Shown here one piece after another: positions 20,875 to 29,103 of a stretch of DNA of 29,103 nucleotides. The position numbers and the translations under genes are program-made. Position 1 is the first letter of the stretch. Each line of letters starts with the position of its first letter. Below the pieces are notes generated by a model that was given only the letters and a program-made list of their open reading frames with translations, was not told where the DNA came from and ran no database searches. Location of the stretch: NCBI RefSeq assembly GCF_006345805.1, contig NW_021832705.1, forward strand, positions 1-29,103, written 5' to 3'. This stretch comes from Octopus sinensis. Its lineage: Eukaryota.

Positions 20875-21020
20875 AAAGACGTCGTTACAATGACAGCGTT
20901 GTTGCAATGACGTCACCGCAATAACGTCATTACAATGACAGCGTTTTCGCAATGACGTCACCGCAGTAACGTCATTGGCAAAGACGTCATTGATATGATA
21001 TCATTAAAGTGACATCATTA
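20875..21020. repeat. Minisatellite of palindromic CAATGACGTCA-like units
   Basis: Subunits of about 14-17 bp; a 45-bp unit is present twice; TGACGTCA at 20908 and 20953. Confidence 0.75.
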
Positions 21021-21349
21021 CTTAGCTGCCCGTAGCGTCATTACGCCTAACGCTGTCACGCCAAACCACGTCGAAGAAGACGTTACGCTACGTTTGACAA
21101 CGTCACTCGACGCCACAATCTCACTCCGTAGCGTCTGTATCATCTCTAGAGTTACAGTGACACCCTAAACACAGGCTCGCCGTAATGAGCGACGGCCTCT
21201 CATTGCTATTACGTCAACAAACCGACGTCATTGAACTGTGGTCATTGCAATGACGTCATCACAATGCCTATTGATGACATCATCATCAGAGCAATTACAT
21301 CTTCGAGTGACGTTAGCCTGGTGACGTCGATGCACTATTCTCGTGGCAG

Positions 21350-21744
21350 ACATCATCGTTGTCATCGTCGTCATCATCATCATCATCGTCCTCATCTTCA
21401 TCGTTATCATCGCCTTCGTCGTCGTCCTGCTCCTCCTCTTCCATTTCATCTTCATCATCGTCGTCATCATCATCATCACCATCATCACCATCATCATCAT
21501 CGTCCTCATCTTCATCGTTATCATCGCCTTCGTCGTCGTCCTCCTCCTCCTCCATCTCATCTTCATCATCGTCCTCATCATCATCATCATCACCACCACC
21601 ACAACCATCATCATCATCATCGTCGTCGTAATAATGGTCATCGACGTTGTCATCGTCGTCATCATCATCATCATCATCACCATCATCATAATCGTCGTCG
21701 TCGTCCTAGCCGTCATCGTCGTCATCACCATTGTCTTCATAATT

Positions 21745-21775
<31 letters not shown>

Positions 21776-22330
21776 TCATCGTCAAGAACATCATCATCGT
21801 CATCATCACAACCAACTTGCAACAACTCCCTTGCTACTAAGTACAGCGACCATAACCGCTGACACTCCTCATCGTGGCCACCACCACTTACTACCATCAC
21901 AACCACAACTCCAACCACAACCACTATCACCACCGCTACCGTCACCACAACCACCACCATCACCCACCACAGCCACCACTGTCACCACCGTCACTACAAC
22001 TGCCACCGCTGTCACTGCAACCGAGACTACAACTACCACTATCTCTGCCACTATTACCACTACCACCGCCACCACTGCTACCAGCTGTACTGAAACTACC
22101 ACTCATACTGCTACCATTGCTAATACAACCACCACCATCACTACAACAACCATAACAACATCAACAACAACAACGGCAACATCACCTCCACTACTACTGC
22201 TACTACTACTGCCACTACTGCTACTACTACTACTACTACTACTATATCTACTACTACTGCCACTACTACTACTACAGCCACTGCGGCTGCTACAACTACT
22301 ACTACTGCCACTGCTACTACCACCACCACT

Positions 22331-22366
<36 letters not shown>

Positions 22367-22489
22367 GCCACTGCTACTACTACTACTACTACTACTGCCA
22401 CTGCTGCTGCTGCTACTACACTACTACTACTACTACAACTACTACCGCCGCCACTACTACTACTACTACTACTACCACTACTACCGCCG

Positions 22490-22538
<49 letters not shown>

Positions 22539-22790
22539 CAGCATTATCATGGTCAGCAGCAACAGCAGCAGCAACAGCAAAAAACAACTACATGGATCAT
22601 CATCACAACTAGCACCATCACCAACATCATCATCACCAGCATCACCATTAACAGCAACAGCAGTAGCAGCAACAATGGTTATGTGTACCACCACCACCAC
22701 CACCACCACCACCACTATCACGAGCCACAACAACCTCAGCAGCAGATGCAGCAGCAATGAGGATGACGGCACCAGCATCATTATCATCAA
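21350..22790. repeat. Compound triplet repeats (CAT/CGT, CAC, CTA, CAG)
   Basis: Consecutive trinucleotide blocks, open in several frames on both strands. Confidence 0.93.
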
Positions 22791-22894
22791 CACAGAAAAA
22801 TTAAACCGTTGCCTAGCAACTGACGTACACACAGACACAGTCGCAAGAATCCTGATATTATGCAACGCCTTTTGTGTTCAGGAGACATGTTCAG

Positions 22895-23535
22895 GTGTGT
22901 GTGTGTGTGCGTGTGTGTGTGTGTGTGTGTATGTGTGTGTGTATGTGTGTCTATGTGTGTGTATGTGCGTGTGTATGTGTGTATGTATGTATGCGTGTGT
23001 GTATGTGTGTATGTGTGTGTATGTGCGTGTGTATGTGTGTATGTATGTATGCGTGTGTGTGCGTGTGTATGTGTGTGTATGTGCGTGTGTATGTGTGTGT
23101 GTGTATGTGTGTGTGTGTATGTGTGTGTGTGTGCGTGTGTATGTGTGTCTATGTGTGTGTATGTGCGTGTGTATGTGTGTGTGTGTATGTGTGTGTGTAT
23201 GTATGTGTGTGTGTATGTATGTGAGTATGTGTGTATGTATGTGTGTATGTGTATGTGTATGTATGTGTGTGTGTATGTATGTGTGTATATATGTATGCGT
23301 GTGTGTATGTGTGTATGTATGTGTGTGCATGTATGTGTGTGTGTGTATGTGTATGTATGTGTGTGTGTATGTATGTGAGTATGTGTGTATGTATGTGTGT
23401 GTGTGTATGTGTGTGCGTGCGTATGTATGTGTGTGTGTATGTATGTGTGTGTATGTGTGTAAATATGTATGTATGTATGTGTGTGTATGTATGTATGTAT
23501 ATATGCATGCATGTATGTATGTATAATGTATTTAC

Positions 23536-23569
<34 letters not shown>

Positions 23570-23605
23570 ATATATTATATATATATATATATATATATTA
23601 TAATC

Positions 23606-23640
<35 letters not shown>
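22895..23640. repeat. (TG)n/(TATG)n then (TA)n
   Basis: Direct reading. Confidence 0.95.
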
Positions 23641-23643
<3 letters not shown>

Positions 23644-23735
23644 ATAAGACCGTTATTTAAAATAACGATCATATCAAGTGGCCACCATGGTATGAAAAAC
23701 CTTATAGGTAATAATTATTATTAAACTTAAGATCG

Positions 23736-23962
23736 AGGGTATCTAAGAGATATCACCATGCTTGAAATAGCAATCAAAACCTGACTCGAAAACCACATCA
23801 AGTATTCAATACAGCACAAGGTGAAAAGATAAATAATAAACAAACTAGCCAAAAATGATTGTTTATTTATCTTTTTGCTTTGTGCTGTATGAATACATGA
23901 TGTGGCTTCAGAGCCAGGTTTTGACTGTTATTTCGAGCATGGTGGTATCTCTTAGATACCCT
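23736..23962. mobile_element. Fold-back element, ~105-bp imperfect arms
   Basis: AGGGTATCTAAGAGATATCACCATGCTTGAAATA / TATTTCGAGCATGGTGGTATCTCTTAGATACCCT. Confidence 0.85.
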
Positions 23963-24009
23963 TAATTATAATTTATATATATATATCTCCTTGTTTTTTT
24001 TTCTGTGTA

Positions 24010-24047
24010 TCTTTCTGTCGAAGAGCGTAGGCTCGAAACATAAAAGA
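24010..24047 (+). ncRNA. Degenerate minimal type I hammerhead-ribozyme-like motif in a (TA)n-flanked element (about 23986-24143)
   Basis: TCTTT-CTGTCGA-A-GAGC(GTAG)GCTC-GAAA-CATA-AAAGA: stems I and II pair; the core deviates from CTGANGA at A6. Confidence 0.45.
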
Positions 24048-24189
24048 CTTTTCTATTTCTATTCCTGAGCGCTATACTAATACATTTGTTTGTTTGTACT
24101 CCACCTGCCTTCGTCTTTTGTTTATTTTCGTAAACCTTCCCGTTATATATATATATATATAATATATATATATATATATTCGATTTTAT

Positions 24190-24368
24190 TTTTTATTTGC
24201 TTCAGTCATTAGACTACGGCCATGCTGAGCGCAGCCAGGAGGAAACCAGTGTTTTTGTTTCTTTTTTAAATGCCTGGTACTTATAATATAAATCCTTTAG
24301 TCGAACCGCTACGTTACGAGGACGTAAACACACCAACACCGGTTGTCTGCGGTGGGACGGGCACAAAA
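24190..24368 (-). mobile_element. SINE family A-related 3' part, degenerate
   Basis: TTCAGTCATTAGACTACGGCCATGCTG..GAACCGCTACGTTACGAGGACGTAAACACACCAACACCGGTTGTC. Confidence 0.75.
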
Positions 24369-24397
24369 GCAATTTATGTATATATTTAACGTATATA

Positions 24398-24794
24398 CAG
24401 GTTCTTGCAGTTAAACTGAGACCAATTTTAAGCAGTTAATTTAGTCGGTTTGACATTTCATTTTTTTTTTGGCAATACTATGTTTGCGTGAAAACGTAAT
24501 CGTCCTCTTTATCTTTCAGGTAAATAGCGAACCGATTCGACAATAGAAAGTCAAGGAATAACAGAATCATTCCGCCATTCTTGTTTTTGGCGCGCTCCAG
24601 ACACGCTGCCAATGAAATTGTTAAGTTGTCGAAACTTCCAAAAGCGACACGTTATCATCGCCTTCGTCATCGTCCTCCTCCTTCCCCTCCCCCTCCCCTC
24701 CCCCATCCTATTCCTCCTCCTCTTCCTCCTAATCATCATCATCGTCGTCGTCGTCGTCATCATCTTCATCATCATCATCATCATCATCATCATC

Positions 24795-24828
<34 letters not shown>

Positions 24829-25350
24829 CCATCGTCGTCGTCGTCATCATGGTCATCGCCGTTGTCATCGTCGTCATCATCATCATCATCATTATCATCA
24901 TCATCACTATAATTGTCGTCGTCGTCATCATCATCACCATCATCATAATCGTCGTCGTCGTCGTCGTCGTCCTAGCCGTCATCGTCGTCACTACCATTGT
25001 CTTCATAATTTAAAGAGAGAAAGATTTATTGGAAAAGAACACAAGACTCAAAGTGATTCCCAGCGCAATCCAAAGTTTCTCGCTGGCCTCAAACGCTCGA
25101 TTGAAGCCACGACAAATTCTGGCTAAGTAACGCAATGTGTTCCTTTCCGCTGTGTCCAGAACTGAGAACACGAACCTTGGCATGACTAGCAATGTTCGAC
25201 GACGCCGTCAACACTTAGCAGCCAAGGCCAAAGCCAAAACAGAGCCGAGAGATACCCAAAGCTTCTGTCATTCATCAATCATCAAGGTGCAGGAAAAACT
25301 CTCGTGTTTGTGGACGAGAAGTTCACTGTGGATGCTGAGGTGAATTGCAG
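24398..25350 (+). pseudogene. Tc1/mariner transposon 5' portion with decayed transposase
   Basis: TA|CAGG terminus; HTH-like SAILV..RSRHAANEIVKLSKLPKAT, QSDSQRNPKFLAGLKRSIE, LAK*RNVFLSAVSR..NLGMTS.VRRRRQHL, first catalytic motif FVDEKFTVDAEVN; interrupted at 24650-25010. Confidence 0.75.
24650..25010. repeat. CAT/CGT triplet block homologous to 21516-21744
   Basis: Shared non-repetitive anchors in the same order. Confidence 0.85.
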
Positions 25351-25361
25351 ATAGATAGAGA

Positions 25362-25399
<38 letters not shown>

Positions 25400-25400
<1 letters not shown>

Positions 25401-25545
25401 GTGTGTTTGTCCCCCCTCCATCGCTTAGTGACCGAGAGAATAAGTACTAGGCTTACAAAGAATAAGTCCTGGTGTCGATTTGTTCGACTAGAGGCGGTGC
25501 TCCAGCATGGCCGCAGTCAAATGACTGAAACCAGTAAAATAATAC
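25400..25545 (+). mobile_element. SINE family A, 3' part
   Basis: GAATAAGTACTAGGCTTACAAAGAATAAGTCC..GGCGGTGCTCCAGCATGGCCGCAGTCAAATGACTGAAAC. Confidence 0.88.
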
Positions 25546-25732
25546 AAGAATATATATATAATATTATATAATGCATATTAACATATATACCAATACGGAA
25601 ACGTGAAACCAGTTTGCAGCTTTAACAAAAACACATTACTCTACACTCTTCGGTATTCGTGTAGTGCTTTTTTTACACCTTGTTTTACATTTACGTGCTT
25701 AATGGTGTGTGTGTGTTGGTGCGTGTGGTGTC

Positions 25733-25962
25733 AAGAGAGAGAGAGAGAGAGAGGAGGGAGAGAGAGAGATGTATATATATAATACGCATTTATGTATGTA
25801 TCCCTATACTATATATATATATATATATATCTATTATATATTATATATATATATCTATATCTATATATTATATATATATATGTATATATATATATATGTA
25901 TACATACACACAACATTTATATTTAGATGTATGTATGTATGTATGAATGTATGTATGTATGA
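25733..25962. repeat. GA/TA/TATG microsatellites
   Basis: Direct reading. Confidence 0.9.
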
Positions 25963-26313
25963 TATATTCTAATTCTTGAAAAAAATATCCGAAGGCATTA
26001 TTCCCGAGAAGCAAACGATACGAGATGGCCGAGAGGAAAGAAAAGAAAAGGGATTTCTGATTTCTTTTAACGCGCCACTTCATTGTTTTTAGTTTTGTAC
26101 TTTTGTTTTATGTTGTTGTTTATTTTTTTTTTTCCTGGGTACTTACTTTGATATCAAAGCTAAGCGAATCCATCAATGAGATATCGTAGTATATTGATAA
26201 TATCAAATAACAGGCTTTGATCAAGATTTGCTGTCTCTGACTGATCGTTGCGATTTAAACTACAAGCCTCTAATTGACATTGCTGAGTTGTACGATATCC
26301 TAAGGCATAAGCA

Positions 26314-26401
<88 letters not shown>

Positions 26402-26569
26402 GAATGAATGTGTGTGTGTATGTATTTATGTACGTGGGCATATGTGCATATGTGATGTATGTGTGATGTAAATGTGCAGACATATACGATTTCATAAATC
26501 TATGGATGTATGAAAAATTATACACACACAAATGCACACAACCATGCGCACACGTAGATTGATGAAAAT

Positions 26570-26714
26570 AAATAGATAAGATAGACAGACAGACAGACAG
26601 AGAGGCACGCACATAGATTGATAGACAGACAGGTACACTGGCAGATAGTTAGTCGGATGGATGGACGGATGGACGGACAAACAGGTAGACAGAGACAGAC
26701 ACCACAGACAGACT

Positions 26715-26756
<42 letters not shown>

Positions 26757-26775
26757 AAGAGTGATAGATAGAGAT

Positions 26776-26815
<40 letters not shown>

Positions 26816-26849
26816 TTGATTGATAGATAGATAGATAGATCGATCGATC

Positions 26850-26897
<48 letters not shown>

Positions 26898-26964
26898 CAT
26901 AGATCGATAGATAAATAGATAGATAGATAGATAGATAGATATAGATAGATAGATAGATCGATCG

Positions 26965-26995
<31 letters not shown>

Positions 26996-27003
26996 GATAG
27001 ATC

Positions 27004-27058
<55 letters not shown>

Positions 27059-27136
27059 CGATAGATAGATAGATAGATAGATATAGATAGATAGATAGAT
27101 AGATAGATAGATCGATAGATAGATAGATAGATAGAT

Positions 27137-27182
<46 letters not shown>

Positions 27183-27202
27183 CGATAGATAGATAGATAG
27201 AT

Positions 27203-27268
<66 letters not shown>

Positions 27269-27275
27269 GAGATAA
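26570..27275. repeat. (GATA)n array with GACA/GATG/GATC variants
   Basis: Direct reading. Confidence 0.95.
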
Positions 27276-27530
27276 GATCGCCAACTGTCATTTAACATAG
27301 TAAATACGCTCGGGATTATAACACGAGGAAGAGAATAAGACTATTGGTCACGGCTGGTTGAAGGCTCACCTTTTGACACGAATGACTGAGCGTTGAACCT
27401 GTTTGGCATTGGAGGCAAACACACACATATATGCACGCGTATGTAGAAATGTATGCGTATAGATGGAGAGAGTGAGAGTGAGAGATAGGGCGAGAGCGAG
27501 AGAGAAAATGCACATATATACGAACATGAC

Positions 27531-27731
27531 GTGGAGACACATGGCAGCGGACTCGCGGTTGAGGGATCGTGGGTTCGAATCTCAGACCACGCGATGTGTG
27601 TGTTTATGAGCGAAGCACCTAAGCTCCACGCGGCTCCGGCAGAAGTAATGGTGAACTTCTGCTGACTCTTTCGCCACAATTTTCTCTCACTCTTTCCACC
27701 TACATCTAGCAGCTCTTTCCACCTACATCTA
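27531..27731 (+). mobile_element. SINE family C-related copy, 3'-truncated
   Basis: GCAGCGGACTCGCGGT..GGTTCGAATCTCAGACC..CACCTAAGCTCCACGCGGCTCCGGCAG matches the 16718-17110 head; ends in duplicated CTCTTTCCACCTACATCTA. Confidence 0.82.
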
Positions 27732-27774
27732 ACTGGTGATCTTGGTCATGGAAAGGTGAGCAAGTAATATTGAA

Positions 27775-28320
27775 CATCCATTTTCGGGGCCGGTCGATTC
27801 GGCAGGTAAGTTGTTACACACTCCTGAGCGGATTCCGACTTCCGTGGCCACCGTCCTGCTGTCTATATCGACCGACACCCTTTCGGGGATCTAATGGGCG
27901 AAGCGTAGAGCACCTTAGCCGGACGTTCGGTTCATCCCAAATCACCAGTTCTGCTTACCAAAAGTGGCCCACTTGGCACCGTGCATTCGTCGTCGCATAA
28001 CGGCGGCCGCCTCCGATCGGGAGAGGAGCGGCCCGTTTCGCCCGTTTCGAGTTCGAGAGTAGATCGAGGCCGTCAACGTCCCCGGGGCCTCCAGTCGTTC
28101 ACTTTACCGGACGGAATTGCGTGTCGTTCTCCCGCTGGCGCCAGCTATCCTGAGGGAAACTTCGAAGGGAACCAGCTATTAGACGGCTCGATTGGTCTTT
28201 CGCCCCTACACCCGGTTCCGACGATCGATTTGCACGTCAGAGGCGCTTCAGACTTCCATCAGAGTTTCCTCTGGCTTCGTCTCGACCGGGCGTGGATCGC
28301 CATCTTTCGGGTCCTCGGCC
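27775..28320 (-). pseudogene. Isolated 28S rRNA fragment (~550 bp)
   Basis: Reverse complement contains LSU core motifs GGACCCGAAAGATGG, GAAGCCAGAGGAAACTCTG, AAGTTTCCCTCAGGATAGCTGG, TTTTGGTAAGCAGAACTGG, GAGTGTGTAACAACT, GAAAATGGATG; flanks are not rDNA. Confidence 0.92.
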
Positions 28321-28334
28321 GCAGACGGACAGAG

Positions 28335-28770
28335 GTGGAGTGAATAGTTTTGGCTAGAGTAACTGAAACGTAGGCAGGACAGTATGAGGTACATCAAGCT
28401 GTTGCAAACGGGAGCTCTTGCCCTGTATTAGACAAGAAACGGGAGAATTCTATTTCCCAACAAGATAACTGCAGCATTTACGTGTCAAAAAACAGTCAAA
28501 AAATGGATGCATGACATGAAAACAAGTCTAAAGGAATGACCGGCGAGAAATCCGGACTTGCACATGATTGAAAATGTATGAGAACTGTTACAGCTTCTGG
28601 CTGTATGACGGGCCAGAAGTGACGAGTGAAGCAGAATTAGAGAAAAGCTTTTCAGGAACCAAAAGAAGACTGGTAGAAACGAAAAGATATGTTATAATGA
28701 ATATGTTTGTCTGGTACAAGGAACAAATAGAGCAAGTGATTGAAAAAAAACCCCAAAAGGCGACTGTGTG
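28335..28770 (+). pseudogene. Tc1-type (DD34E) transposase C-terminal remnant
   Basis: RQDSMRYIKLLQ..LLP..QQDNCSIYVSK/TVKKWM..E*PARNPDLHMIENV*; 34 residues between D and E after removing one extra A. Confidence 0.85.
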
Positions 28771-29079
28771 GACCACTGAAGCTCTGAGTGGTACTGTCCA
28801 AAAAGTATTGTCTTATGATTTTAATAAAATTTTCCTAAAATACAACTTCCAAATTTTTACATACGCGCTCTGGGAATGCATTCACAACGGGAATATTATA
28901 CAAATGTCCGTATTGTTTTACTCTAAAAGTGCGTTCGTCACTAAGTGTTCACTAAGTCCGAAAAACTGTCGACCTCCCCGCTTCCTTGTAAGACGAATGT
29001 TCCAGCCTATGCCACGAAGAAACTCTACAACAGTCTTCTGGTTCTCCCACCGTGCAACACACGTTATGAAGGCGTACCA

Positions 29080-29103
29080 GGAGGCGCAATGGCCCAGTGG
29101 TTA
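29080..29103 (+). mobile_element. Start of another SINE family C copy, cut by the window edge
   Basis: GGAGGCGCAATGGCCCAGTGGTTA matches the family C 5' end. Confidence 0.75.

Noticed and set aside
20875-21020. CRISPR-like array of palindromic repeats
   Set aside because: No unique spacers, no cas genes, eukaryotic context.
21231-22760. 509-aa His/Pro/Thr/Leu/Tyr-rich ORF
   Set aside because: Non-ATG start, homopolymer blocks, open in several frames and on both strands; expected from stop-free triplets.
26160-27298. IYLS-repeat ORFs
   Set aside because: Translation of (GATA)n.
27770-28343. ORFs of 76 and 120 aa, or a functional rRNA gene
   Set aside because: The ORFs are antisense to rRNA; the fragment lacks the rest of the rDNA unit.
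24398-28770. Two transposase remnants as halves of one element
   Set aside because: Same strand and compatible order, but the motif styles suggest different subfamilies and no matching right TIR was found.

Overview
AT-rich, microsatellite-dense eukaryotic DNA. It is most likely a coleoid cephalopod (octopus), inferred from the SINE families and repeat landscape but not verified by search. There is one clear gene: a 981-aa nephrocystin-1 (NPHP1) homologue encoded by a single uninterrupted ORF (9719-12664, +). It is preceded by a CpG-enriched promoter-like region and a candidate 5'-UTR intron, the layout expected of a functional retrogene. The rest is repeats and transposon debris: three SINE families, Penelope-like, RTE and CR1-group retroelement remnants, two Tc1/mariner transposase remnants, a non-autonomous Helitron, two piggyBac-type MITEs, four long fold-back elements, a hammerhead-ribozyme-like motif and an isolated 28S rRNA fragment. 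Nearly all other ORFs in the track are artefacts of simple repeats. I see no multi-gene novel system. The strongest leads are the intronless NPHP1, a SINE/LINE pair sharing a covarying 3' hairpin, a SINE that appears to insert into itself, a repeat block copied in frame into a transposase, and the 28S-Tc1 junction. Family assignments rest on motif recall, not database searches.
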